Shown: piece after piece, positions 29,971 through 39,085 of the stretch
Layout of the letters: every line of letters begins with the position of its first letter
How positions within the stretch are numbered: the first letter of the stretch is position 1
NCBI GenBank assembly: GCA_017936565.1
Contig: JAGBFG010000043.1
Coordinates: forward strand, 25,473-89,472
Source: Clostridia bacterium
GTDB taxonomy: Bacteria > Bacillota > Clostridia > Oscillospirales > CAG-272
Direction of reading: 5' to 3'
DNA: 64,000 nucleotides
Notes under the pieces: generated by a model
What the model was told of the DNA's origin: nothing
Databases searched by the model: none
The model's input: the letters and a program-made list of their open reading frames with translations, nothing else
Made by a program: the position numbers and the translations under genes

Positions 29971-30631
29971 AGATTTTATCAAACAATACTTAGCCAACAA
30001 AAAAATCGAGGACTATGAAGGCTGGGTCAGCCAATACGGGCAAGACACAGCAAAGACCTACAAGCAAGCCCTTGCCGATGCTGATAGCCGCTACGCCGAG
30101 GCGCAGGCAACACACGGCACAAAGGCCGCCGCCCTGCTTTCCCGCGGTATGACGGGAAGCGGATACAGCGATTATCTTTCGGGGCTTGCCTACACCGAGC
30201 GCCAGAAGGAGCGACTGACGGCAACGGAAAAGAAAAGCCAGGCGGACGCCGACAACAAAAAGAACTATGCCCTTTACACACAAGGGCTGACGGCGGAGGC
30301 GGAAAAGGCCTTTGCCGAAAAGGAAGCCCGCCTTTCTTCCGCCTTTTCCGCTCTGCTCAAACAAGAGGTAGAGACGGTTGAGGGCGCAAAAGCCTTTTTA
30401 ACAGCCAACGGTATCGAAGAGGAGCTTGCCGAGAAGATCGCGCAAGGAAGCGTGGATATCATTCGCAATTCCTCGGGCAAAAAGAAGGAAGTGCTCGAAT
30501 ACGTGTTGGGAAAATATATGCCCTACGAGTACGCCTATCAATACGCCATAGCCTGCGGGCTTTCCGAAAAGCTGGCTGAGGAGGTCGCGCGCGCCGCACA
30601 GAGCATGCGTAATTCCGTTTGGGACAGCTAA
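29954..30631 (+). CDS. Phage head-module protein of unknown function (helical, Ala/Glu/Lys-rich)
   Basis: 225 aa from ATG 29954, overlapping the portal end by 17 nt. No motif recognised. Confidence 0.45.
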   Translation: MPKKLEDFIKQYLANKKIEDYEGWVSQYGQDTAKTYKQALADADSRYAEAQATHGTKAAALLSRGMTGSGYSDYLSGLAYTERQKERLTATEKKSQADADNKKNYALYTQGLTAEAEKAFAEKEARLSSAFSALLKQEVETVEGAKAFLTANGIEEELAEKIAQGSVDIIRNSSGKKKEVLEYVLGKYMPYEYAYQYAIACGLSEKLAEEVARAAQSMRNSVWDS

Positions 30632-30649
30632 ACTTTTCATAATCAAAAG

Positions 30650-30675
30650 AAAGGAAGCCTTCGCAAGACGAGGGC
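30650..30675 (+). promoter_or_regulatory. SD-adjacent hairpin motif, copy 1
   Basis: AAAGGAA followed by GCCTTCG-caaga-CGAGGGC (7 bp including one G-U pair), then 13 nt to ATG 30689. Confidence 0.5.
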
Positions 30676-30688
30676 TACGGTCACAGCA

Positions 30689-30829
30689 ATGAAGAAACAC
30701 AACCTACCCCATAACCCCTATGCCACCAACAGCATCAACCCCATTCAAGCGCCCCACAAAGCAGAAAAAGAGCCTGCTTCCACGGTGAAGAAGGGGAATG
30801 ATTTGCGTATCAGACCCAACAGCAAATAA
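30689..30829 (+). CDS. Small basic/Pro-rich ORF (46 aa), hypothetical
   Basis: Own translation: MKKHNLPHNPYATNSINPIQAPHKAEKEPASTVKKGNDLRIRPNSK. It is below the ORF-track size cutoff, fills an otherwise empty 230-nt gap, and is preceded by the hairpin motif. Confidence 0.35.
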   Translation: MKKHNLPHNPYATNSINPIQAPHKAEKEPASTVKKGNDLRIRPNSK

Positions 30830-30862
30830 TCGCGTCAAAAAAAGCAAAGGAGAGCAAACGCA

Positions 30863-31360
30863 ATGATAGAACAAGAAAACAACCCCGTTTTGACAGAAGA
30901 AGCGCCGCCGTCACACTCCCAAGAGGAGCACACAGAAGAGCCAAGGGAACAAACGCTTGAAGACGAGCCTTCTGTTGACTCCCCCTTGGAGCAAGCACCC
31001 GAGGAGGAAGAAGCGCCTGCGGTGGATTATGCCCGTTTAGCCGAGGAAGACTTGAAGGAAATCAAATCCTTAGACAGCTCCTATGCCCATTTGCGTCATT
31101 TGGGAGAGCTTCCCAATGCCCGCCGCTTTGCTGCTTTGCGTGATTTGGGGCTTTCTGTCAAGGAGGCGCTGGCTGCCTCGCATCCCCATTTCACAAAGGA
31201 AAACGGAAAGGCGCATCTGCGCCCAAGCCTTGAAAAGGGCGCCGTTTCCCCTTTGGGTGTCCTCTCTTCCGAAGAAATGCGCCACGCGAAGGAGCTTTTT
31301 TCGGATTTGAACGATGGCGAAATACAGGCGCTTTACCGCCGCGTAAAACCAAGATATTAA
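30863..31360 (+). CDS. Scaffolding-like protein (acidic N-terminus, helical C-terminus), putative
   Basis: 165 aa with a strongly acidic N-terminal third (EEAPPSHSQEEHTEEPREQTLEDEPSVDSPLEQAPEEEEAP). Located between the portal and capsid genes. Confidence 0.45.
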   Translation: MIEQENNPVLTEEAPPSHSQEEHTEEPREQTLEDEPSVDSPLEQAPEEEEAPAVDYARLAEEDLKEIKSLDSSYAHLRHLGELPNARRFAALRDLGLSVKEALAASHPHFTKENGKAHLRPSLEKGAVSPLGVLSSEEMRHAKELFSDLNDGEIQALYRRVKPRY

Positions 31361-31384
31361 TTTTAATCAGGAAAGGATTTTTCT

Positions 31385-31798
31385 ATGCTCACACTTAAAA
31401 GAATTCTAAACCGCGCAGTCAATGTTCCCGAGCCGCAAAGACTCTCTCTTTCTGCCGAAGCGACAGTAGAGGAGGGCGCCCCCTTTGCCTTAAAGGACGG
31501 TGTTCTGACGGCTATGAAAGACAACACGGATTTCATTCCCCAATTCGTTTCTTACAGAAAGGAAGCCGCCAAAAAGACGGTTCTGGCATATCCCGTCAAC
31601 GAGGATATGGTTTTTGAAATTCCCCTCTCTGACGCTCCTGCCTCGATGATCGAGGGAAAGGAATATCTCTTGTCGGAGGACGGCTTGTCCTTAACCGCCA
31701 CCGCTGCTTCCGGCAGCTACAGAGGCGCCTTGCTTTTCGACCTTGCAGGTGCAGAACAAGCAACGGACAAGGTCCTTATTCGTTTTCCCCGCGCATAA
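31385..31798 (+). CDS. Head-module protein of unknown function (possible decoration or accessory head protein)
   Basis: 137 aa directly upstream of the capsid candidate. The call rests on position only. Confidence 0.35.
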   Translation: MLTLKRILNRAVNVPEPQRLSLSAEATVEEGAPFALKDGVLTAMKDNTDFIPQFVSYRKEAAKKTVLAYPVNEDMVFEIPLSDAPASMIEGKEYLLSEDGLSLTATAASGSYRGALLFDLAGAEQATDKVLIRFPRA

Positions 31799-31826
31799 TT
31801 AGAAACCAAGAAAGGATTTTTATACT

Positions 31827-32888
31827 ATGTCTATTATTTATTCTGAAAACAGCGGTCTTAACAATGCCGCCGTCGGAAAATTAGAAACCCCCTTAAAAAT
31901 GGTCATTGAGCACGAAAGCGATTTGCAGACCAAAAGAGGCGGTATTTGTGACTGGCTTTTCAACATTGAGCGCTCCACCAAATTCGGTGAGACGGTTGTA
32001 GGTCAAAATGAATTCGGTATTTTTGCCGCCACCGAAGAAGGCGCGGGCGCTGAAAATGACGAAATCCGCGAAACCTACCGCAAATTCATCGAGCACATCC
32101 AGTTTATGAAGGAGTTTACCATCACCGCGCAAATGATGGAGGACGCCAACTACGGCGTTGCCGCGGATGCCAAGCGCCGCGCAGAAAACTTCACCCGCGC
32201 TTACTACAAGACAATGCACAAGATTTGCGAATACGCCTTGGCAAACGGAACCGCATCCCAAGGACATTTTGCCAAAGCGGTTTTGGACTTGACCTCTCCT
32301 GACGGACTTCCCCTGTTCCATTCCGCGCACAAGTGGGGCGCGGGCGACAAGGTCGGCACGCAAAGCAACTACTTCTACGGCAATATCTTCAAGACGGGCG
32401 ATGGGGACGCAAGAGCCTATTCCACAGCCGCGTTTGAAGAAGCCTTGAACGAGCTTTCTTCCAAAATCCGCAATATGAAGGATGAAAACGGAGATATTCT
32501 CGGCTACACCGCTGACACCATTATTCTCCCCGGTAACCGCCCTGCCGCTGAGGCTGTGGCTAAAAAGGTTTGTGGGTCTGAGGGTGCTTTGGGTAACGGC
32601 TACAACGACATCAACCTGCAATGCGGTAACTGGAATATCGTGGTTATGCCCGACTGGCAGACCTCAGATGACCGCTGTATGATTATGTCCTCGGAGGCAA
32701 ACAAAAATCTTTGCGGCAATATGTTCTTTAACCGTGTGCCCTTAACCGTTTCCAACTGGGTGGACAACCATACGGGCAACTACATCTGGAATGGCAGATG
32801 CCGTTTCGGTGTTGGCTTTGGCTCTTACAAGCACATTTTGCTCGCCGTGGATTCCACATCCGCTCTTGCTGACGGAACGGCAATGTAA
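31827..32888 (+). CDS. Major capsid protein (putative)
   Basis: 353 aa with a strong RBS (GAAAGGA), located after the scaffold-like gene. Size and position fit an HK97-fold coat protein. No protease gene is nearby. Confidence 0.6.
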   Translation: MSIIYSENSGLNNAAVGKLETPLKMVIEHESDLQTKRGGICDWLFNIERSTKFGETVVGQNEFGIFAATEEGAGAENDEIRETYRKFIEHIQFMKEFTITAQMMEDANYGVAADAKRRAENFTRAYYKTMHKICEYALANGTASQGHFAKAVLDLTSPDGLPLFHSAHKWGAGDKVGTQSNYFYGNIFKTGDGDARAYSTAAFEEALNELSSKIRNMKDENGDILGYTADTIILPGNRPAAEAVAKKVCGSEGALGNGYNDINLQCGNWNIVVMPDWQTSDDRCMIMSSEANKNLCGNMFFNRVPLTVSNWVDNHTGNYIWNGRCRFGVGFGSYKHILLAVDSTSALADGTAM

Positions 32889-32908
32889 TACACCTTTAAG
32901 GAGACAGT

Positions 32909-33481
32909 ATGACAGGAAAAGAACTGATGGAGATTGTCGCCCAAATGGGCTTTGCCAAAACTCTGGACGATAATGAACCATATTTTTATCAAATGACAAG
33001 TCTTTCCCTTTTGCAAATTTCCCGCCATTTTCCATTGGTTAAAACCATCACCGTAGAGCACAAGGACGGCGCGGAGTATTACACCGAATACGACGTGGGT
33101 GCTTTGTGTGACGATTTCCGTTCTTTTCCCGAAAAGCCCTTGCGACTTGGCAGCTTGCTCTTGCAGGAGGGGCGCGACTTCCTGATTGAGGGAAGCCGCG
33201 TCCGTCTTGCTCTCGGGCACGAGGGAAATCTGGAAATCCGATATTGTCGCCGTCCTTGCAAGGTAAACGCCGATACACTCCACAAGGAATTAGACATTTC
33301 ACCCGAGGCATTGCATTTGCTCCCCTTGCTCGTATCCTCTTATCTTTGGGCAGACGAGCGGGCAGAGCTTGCCTCTCATTATCTTGCCTTGTTCCGCTCC
33401 GAGCTGAGCGAGGCAAAGAAGGAGCGTTTTGCCCATCAAATGGCAAGCTATCATTGCGGAAACGGATGGGATAAGGGATGA
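32909..33481 (+). CDS. Putative head-tail adaptor-position protein
   Basis: 190 aa with RBS AAGGAG. It lies between the capsid gene and the 978-aa protein (the position of gp4/gp11-type adaptors in P22/T7-like modules). It overlaps the next gene by 4 nt. Confidence 0.35.
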   Translation: MTGKELMEIVAQMGFAKTLDDNEPYFYQMTSLSLLQISRHFPLVKTITVEHKDGAEYYTEYDVGALCDDFRSFPEKPLRLGSLLLQEGRDFLIEGSRVRLALGHEGNLEIRYCRRPCKVNADTLHKELDISPEALHLLPLLVSSYLWADERAELASHYLALFRSELSEAKKERFAHQMASYHCGNGWDKG

Positions 33482-36414
33482 AAAACAACAGTCAAAGCAC
33501 CGTTTACGCCAGCCATCTTTCCCGCTTTCGCGGCGTTGACTTTTCCTTGGATGATATTTCTCTTTCCCCCAATCGCTTTTGCAACCTGAAAAACATGTGG
33601 AAGGATTGGCAGAGCAACGATGGGCTTGCCGTGGAAACCTTCCCCGGATACCGCCTGTTCGGCTTTTTCGGGGACAAGGTTTTCGGTATCTACTCCCAAA
33701 AAACAGGCGGGGTGGAATATTTGATTATTCACGCGGGGAACAAGCTATACCGCTTTCCCGCCGCCTTGCGCCATCAGCCAAACGCGATAAAGGACTTAGA
33801 GCCTATCTGTGCCAAGCTCCCCGCGCAAGAGGGCTGCGGCTTTCAGTCGGGCGACTTTTTATATCTGCTCACAGGCGGGCAGCTATACCGCATTGACAAC
33901 CAAGGGGCTTGTCTTAGCCTTTTAGAAGAAAATGAGCTGCCCTACGTTCCTATCGCCTTTTATAACGGCGCTCACTACGAGCAGCGCAACCTGCTGACAA
34001 ACGAGGTCAGAGAGGTTTCAACGGCGGAAAGCTTAGAAGAAAAGCAGCCCGCCGAATACGACAGCCTTGTATTTGTTCCTTTGCCTGCATCCCCCGGTTG
34101 CTGTGCCGTCAAGGCGGGAAAGCCCTCATCCCTTCCCCTCTCTCTGACTATTCCCTCTTCTGCGGAAATAGACGGGGAAACCTACACGGTAACAGGCATC
34201 GCGGGGGGCGGCTTTTGCGGCTTTTCCAACCTTTTTTCGGTGACCTTGCCCGACACCATCACGGAAATCGGAGCATACGCGTTTGCCGAGTGTATTTCAC
34301 TTACCGAGGTGCACCTTCCCTCTTCCTTGCAATACATCTGGCATCACGCCTTTTGGGGCTGTGTTCTTTTGCACACCGTTTCTTTAAATGAGGGCTTGAT
34401 TTCCGTGGGCGAGGCGGCGTTTGGGCAGGCTGAGTGCATTCGTTACGTATACTACCCCAAGGACCAAGAGTCGTATTCCGCCATCTCCTTTTTTGAAGGC
34501 TCATCTCCCTTTCCCGCCTCTGCCCAAATCTGCTTAGAGGCAGAAGCGCCCATCAGACAAAAGAAGCTTTTGCTCGCTCCCGTATACACCCCTGCCTTAC
34601 GCATCAACCGCGTGCTTTTGGGAGAAGAAGAGATTACAGCCGAAGGAAGCGCGGTATACGGCACACACGCTTCCTATACCTACCAAAAGCAAGACGGCTA
34701 TATCCAATCCGTTTGCGTCTTTGTGGCAGACGATACCGTTTTGGCGGGAAGAGCCGTTACACTTCAATTAGAAGCATCCCCCACGCAGTTCAACTCTCCC
34801 TTGGGCTTCAAGGCGTTTGGGGAAAGCGCGCAGTCCCTGTCAGGCAAGGATGCCGTCTTGGGCTGTCAAGCGGTTGGGGAATACGACGGGCGCATTTTCT
34901 TCACAGGAAACCCTAAGCTTCCCAACACCGTCTTTTTCTCTTCGCCCGATGAAACAGGCTATAACAACCCCCTTTACATAGGCAACCTCAATTATTTCAA
35001 CGATGGACTTTCTTCCGTTCCGAACCGCGCGCTTTTGGGCACGGGTGATATGCTGATGGTTATGAAGGAGGAAGGTGCGGGCAGAGGGGGCATTTTCTAT
35101 CACACCGCCGAGAGCACCTCTCATTCGTTTGCCCCCCGTATCTACCCTGCGGTATCGGGGCTTGCGGGAATGGGAACGGTATCGGGGGCGCTCAACTTCC
35201 GAGATGACCCCGTTTTTCTCACCAAAAACGGTCTTTTTGCCGTAGAGCGTCAGGCGGTCAATTTAGAACGCAGCCTTTGCCCTCGCTCCTCTAACGTGAA
35301 TTTGAAGCTGTGCCGCGAGGATTTGTCCTCTGCCAAAATGGCGGTATTTGAAGGATATCTGTGCATTTTAACCAAGGGCAATGTCTATCTTGCCGACAGC
35401 CGCGAAACCTTCCGCCACCCTAAGGGAAGCACCGAATACGAATGGTATTTTTTAACGGGTATAGGACACTATCAGGACGACAAGCCCCTGTACCGTTACG
35501 CCGAAACGCTACCCGCTTCCGCTGAAAAGGAAAGCATATTTATTTCTCCGAAAAGCGGACAAGTGGTCGAAGGCGAGGTATATTCCCTTATGGGAGAAAC
35601 GGGCGAGATGCTCTATTACGTTCAAGAAAACGGGCAGCGCTATGGCGTTGACACCGATGGCGAAAGAACGGGCGGCGTCTTTTTTCCTGCCACTACCCTG
35701 TGCGTCGGGGAGGACACCTTGTATTTTGCCACGGAAAGCGGCGCTATCGGTTGCTTTAACACAGACAAACGGGGAAAGGCTCTGTACCGCACAAAGCCAA
35801 GTCCTCTTTTTTACCAAAAGGACAGTGCCTATTTCCCTCTTGCTTCCGTTTCTGAAATACACAGCGAGGATGAGCTGCAAACGATGCCTCTCTTTGCCCT
35901 TGAAAATGGCACCTACACAGAAATGGGAACCTTCCCCGTTTACCAAAACGGCAATCTTGTTTCCCTTGCGGAAGAAATAGAAGAAGGGCGACAAGGACGC
36001 ATCCCCGCTTATTACTACACCTATGCTTTTCACCGCTTTCCATCGGGCTGCGCCACCGCTAAGGACAACGGTGGAATGCCGCATTTAAGAAAAAACACCC
36101 TGCCGGGCACCGTTGCGCTACGCTTGAAGCTATTTGCGCCCACCCATTTTTCCGTGGACGTTTCTACCGACAGAAGCCCTTGGCACAGGGTTGAGGAATG
36201 CAGAACGGACGCTGCCGATTTAAGTGACGCGGACTTCTCTGCCTTCTCCTTTGACGCGGGTAGTGCCGTCACCCTTCCTATAAGAGAAAAGGAACGGCGC
36301 TGGTGCGAAAAGCAATACGCCTTTTTTGATGAGGTTTTCCGCTCTCCCTTTGGCATTTATGGGCTGTCTTACAGCCATCAGCCCGCAGGAAAGCTGCAAG
36401 CGCCGTTCTCATAA
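33478..36414 (+). CDS. Large virion-associated protein (nozzle/tail position) with embedded BspA-type leucine-rich repeats
   Basis: 978 aa. Residues encoded at about 34140-34470 read VTLPDTITEIGAYAFAECISLTEVHLPSSLQYIWHHAFWGCVLLHTVSLNEGLISVGEAAFGQ, the LRR_5/BspA-like repeat pattern. Confidence 0.55.
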   Translation: MKNNSQSTVYASHLSRFRGVDFSLDDISLSPNRFCNLKNMWKDWQSNDGLAVETFPGYRLFGFFGDKVFGIYSQKTGGVEYLIIHAGNKLYRFPAALRHQPNAIKDLEPICAKLPAQEGCGFQSGDFLYLLTGGQLYRIDNQGACLSLLEENELPYVPIAFYNGAHYEQRNLLTNEVREVSTAESLEEKQPAEYDSLVFVPLPASPGCCAVKAGKPSSLPLSLTIPSSAEIDGETYTVTGIAGGGFCGFSNLFSVTLPDTITEIGAYAFAECISLTEVHLPSSLQYIWHHAFWGCVLLHTVSLNEGLISVGEAAFGQAECIRYVYYPKDQESYSAISFFEGSSPFPASAQICLEAEAPIRQKKLLLAPVYTPALRINRVLLGEEEITAEGSAVYGTHASYTYQKQDGYIQSVCVFVADDTVLAGRAVTLQLEASPTQFNSPLGFKAFGESAQSLSGKDAVLGCQAVGEYDGRIFFTGNPKLPNTVFFSSPDETGYNNPLYIGNLNYFNDGLSSVPNRALLGTGDMLMVMKEEGAGRGGIFYHTAESTSHSFAPRIYPAVSGLAGMGTVSGALNFRDDPVFLTKNGLFAVERQAVNLERSLCPRSSNVNLKLCREDLSSAKMAVFEGYLCILTKGNVYLADSRETFRHPKGSTEYEWYFLTGIGHYQDDKPLYRYAETLPASAEKESIFISPKSGQVVEGEVYSLMGETGEMLYYVQENGQRYGVDTDGERTGGVFFPATTLCVGEDTLYFATESGAIGCFNTDKRGKALYRTKPSPLFYQKDSAYFPLASVSEIHSEDELQTMPLFALENGTYTEMGTFPVYQNGNLVSLAEEIEEGRQGRIPAYYYTYAFHRFPSGCATAKDNGGMPHLRKNTLPGTVALRLKLFAPTHFSVDVSTDRSPWHRVEECRTDAADLSDADFSAFSFDAGSAVTLPIREKERRWCEKQYAFFDEVFRSPFGIYGLSYSHQPAGKLQAPFS

Positions 36415-36443
36415 GCGCAGCCTTATCTCTTATATTCCATCAG

Positions 36444-36469
36444 AAAGGATGCTTTTGCAAAGCGAAAGC
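36444..36469 (+). promoter_or_regulatory. SD-adjacent hairpin motif, copy 4
   Basis: AAAGGAT followed by GCTTTTGC-aaa-GCGAAAGC (8 bp, one G-U pair), then 10 nt to ATG 36480. Confidence 0.5.
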
Positions 36470-36479
36470 CATAGAATAT

Positions 36480-37559
36480 ATGATATCCAAAATTCTCAAT
36501 ACCGAAATACAAGAAAACGCGGTTTCTTCCCTGGCGAGTCGCCCCTCTTCCCCCTCTCTTTACGGTGGGAATATGCTATCCGCCAAGGAATTGCGCGCAG
36601 CCTTTGACAAGCTGCCCCTGCTTTTAGCCTCGCGCTTTAACAGCCTTTTGGATGCGCTTGGGCTTTACACGGATGAAACCACCTGCGAGCGCCTCGCGGC
36701 GCTCGTTGCCACGGAGCTTTTTGAAGGACACTCCTTGGCGGATTTGTTTGCCGACATTTCCTCAGGGCGCTTTTCCTCTTATCTTTCCATAAACGGCGAA
36801 CAGTCCTTAACTGAAATTCTTTCCCTTTGTCAAGAGGAAATAACATCTCTGGGCGAGGCAGTTGACACGCTGACACACTCTGATGAAGCCTTCTTTAAGG
36901 AGCTTCAAGAGCAAAAAAAGGCGCTTGCCGACCAAACGCAAAAGCAAGCGAATGACGACCAAGAGAGAAAAGCCGACATCTTATCCCTTGACACCAAAAC
37001 GCAAAACGCACTTTCTGCCTTGCGGAATGATGTAAAAACGACCTTCCGTATTTCTGAGCTTCCATCCGACGATTATGCCAAGGTATACCGCTTGGAATAT
37101 AAGGACGAAACAAGCTATTCGCCCGTTTTACATTCGGTAGACATCAACATTCCCAAGGATTTGGTTGTAAAGAGCGGCGAGCTTTGTTATGCCGTAAAGG
37201 ATGGCGTTCCCGTTGCCTCTTATCAAAAGGGCGAGGCATATATTGATTTGACTCTTTCCACCGCCGACAGCCAGCACATTTATATTCGTGTGGGAGATTT
37301 GGTGAAGACCACCATTTTGTATACCGAGGGCAGTGGGGATATGATAACGGAAATCACGGCTGTGGGAAATTCCTTGACGCTGCACAGGGGTCTTTCCTCT
37401 GCCACCTTTGCCAAGGCCGAAGAGGTAAAGGCTTTGCAAACGGCGCTTGCCGATATTCCCCCGCACGTCCTGACGGATGAAGCAACGGGCAAGGTCTACC
37501 GTTATTCCTTGGCTATACAAAACGGAAAGCCCGGGCTTCTTATCACCGAAAAGGTATGA
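36480..37559 (+). CDS. Fibre-like structural protein with central coiled coil (putative)
   Basis: 359 aa. It has a central heptad-rich segment (EAFFKELQEQKKALADQTQKQANDDQERKADILSLDTKTQNALSALRNDV) and a beta-rich C-terminus. It lies in the tail-fibre position. Confidence 0.45.
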   Translation: MISKILNTEIQENAVSSLASRPSSPSLYGGNMLSAKELRAAFDKLPLLLASRFNSLLDALGLYTDETTCERLAALVATELFEGHSLADLFADISSGRFSSYLSINGEQSLTEILSLCQEEITSLGEAVDTLTHSDEAFFKELQEQKKALADQTQKQANDDQERKADILSLDTKTQNALSALRNDVKTTFRISELPSDDYAKVYRLEYKDETSYSPVLHSVDINIPKDLVVKSGELCYAVKDGVPVASYQKGEAYIDLTLSTADSQHIYIRVGDLVKTTILYTEGSGDMITEITAVGNSLTLHRGLSSATFAKAEEVKALQTALADIPPHVLTDEATGKVYRYSLAIQNGKPGLLITEKV

Positions 37560-37613
37560 GTACAGTGCCTCTTTTACGTCGGCTTTACCACATTTAACAG
37601 AAAGGATTACAAA

Positions 37614-38780
37614 ATGTCAACCTTTATTAACCTTTTATCCGACAGCACCTTTGCCGAAAAGATGGACACGCAAAACGCGCTTCTATCCGTCTTGGCAAGG
37701 TCGGATACCTTCAAATTTGAATCCTGGGCACAGCTGCAAGGCTTGGTGCGCTCAGGTCTTGCCTCTAAAATACTGTCCATTGGCGACCAATTTGTTTGCC
37801 AGAAGGAAGGGGAAGCCATCGCTTGGGACGTTATCGGAATTGACTGCGAAACGATTGACGCCAACGTTTTCCGCCACTCCATTACCTTACAGCTGCACAA
37901 TCCCATCGGTTTTCTGATTCACACCTTAACACAGGCTCTGTATTATTGCGAAAAAGCCTTGCCCGCGGGCACCTATCATTTTTATCTTTACAATTATTTG
38001 ACTCCGTCCGAGTCCGATTTATCCCAGGGCGTCAACCAATACTATTCCTTCACGCTGACAAAGTCTGTTCCCGCCAAGGGGCATATTCTTTTTCCAATGG
38101 GGATAACCAGCACCGCCCTCTCCACAAAGATATCCACCTATGATAGCGTCACATCCACCGAAGCCATTGAAACGGTTTCCGTGAAGCAGGGACAGGAAGG
38201 AACGCTTTTGCCCTCCGACAAGATTGCTTGCGCGGAAAAAATACGCTACGGCTACAACTCTTATAAGAATTCCCAAATCAGAACCTTTCTGAACAGCAAC
38301 TACGCCGCAGGCAGTATTTTCAGAAAAGGAGTTACAAACTTCGAGCATTTTGCCAGCTGGCCCTTCCCGAACAACGGCTTTATGTACGGTATGGACGAAG
38401 ACTTTTTAGCGGTTCTTTACCCTGTAAAAAAGAAGACGAAAACCAATACCGTCATGTCTGACGGAAGCTACGAAGTCACCGAGGATATCTTCTTTTTACC
38501 CTCGGCAAGCGAGGTCTTTGGTACACCGATTGAGGGTGAAGAAGGAGAAGGGGCGCCTTATCCCTATTATTCCTCCTTCTGCACCTCGCCGGAGCCTCAT
38601 GACCTTCCCGACAAGGGACGCACCAAATATAAAAAGGACGGCTCCGTTGCCTCTTGGATGCTGCGTACCGCGGTTTCCGATACCGTACACTATTGCAAAA
38701 TAATTGGCGCGAAGGGCAACGTCCCAAACAACCCCGCCAGCTTCTCGGCAAACATCGCCCCTCTTTGCGTCATTGCCTGA
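37614..38780 (+). CDS. Putative receptor-binding/fibre protein with DUF6273-like C-terminal region
   Basis: 388 aa. IFFLPSASEVFG...YPYYS...SWMLRTAV...NIAPLCVIA resembles the FLLS...WWLRS...RPA pattern I recall for DUF6273. Confidence 0.45.
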   Translation: MSTFINLLSDSTFAEKMDTQNALLSVLARSDTFKFESWAQLQGLVRSGLASKILSIGDQFVCQKEGEAIAWDVIGIDCETIDANVFRHSITLQLHNPIGFLIHTLTQALYYCEKALPAGTYHFYLYNYLTPSESDLSQGVNQYYSFTLTKSVPAKGHILFPMGITSTALSTKISTYDSVTSTEAIETVSVKQGQEGTLLPSDKIACAEKIRYGYNSYKNSQIRTFLNSNYAAGSIFRKGVTNFEHFASWPFPNNGFMYGMDEDFLAVLYPVKKKTKTNTVMSDGSYEVTEDIFFLPSASEVFGTPIEGEEGEGAPYPYYSSFCTSPEPHDLPDKGRTKYKKDGSVASWMLRTAVSDTVHYCKIIGAKGNVPNNPASFSANIAPLCVIA

Positions 38781-38799
38781 ACGGCAGAAAGGAAATTTT

Positions 38800-38958
38800 A
38801 TGTTTATTTATAAAAACATTCACCAAGCCTTGCAGGAGGAACGGCAAAAAAGCGCCGCTCTTTTAGCAAGACAAAAGCAAATACAAGCCGACATGGATTA
38901 TATCGCTATGATGACCGATGTTTCTCTTGACGGGGAGGAAAGCTATGACGAAATTTGA
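38800..38958 (+). CDS. Small phage protein (52 aa), hypothetical
   Basis: MFIYKNIHQALQEERQKSAALLARQKQIQADMDYIAMMTDVSLDGEESYDEI. ATG 38800 follows AAAGGAAA, and the gene overlaps XkdX by 14 nt. Confidence 0.4.
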   Translation: MFIYKNIHQALQEERQKSAALLARQKQIQADMDYIAMMTDVSLDGEESYDEI

Positions 38959-39085
38959 AAAAATCCGCGCCTATTATCTGGCGGGGCTTTGGTCTTACGG
39001 ACGTTTGAAGGACGCCGTATTAAAAAAATGGCTCACGCAAGAAGAGATGGAAAGCCTCGTCAAGGAAAAGGAAGCGATGCAATGA
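38945..39085 (+). CDS. XkdX-family phage protein
   Basis: Own translation (46 aa, below the track cutoff): MTKFEKIRAYYLAGLWSYGRLKDAVLKKWLTQEEMESLVKEKEAMQ. The IRxYYxxGLW...V.KxWLTxEE pattern matches XkdX, and there is an ATGA overlap with the next gene. Confidence 0.6.
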   Translation: MTKFEKIRAYYLAGLWSYGRLKDAVLKKWLTQEEMESLVKEKEAMQ

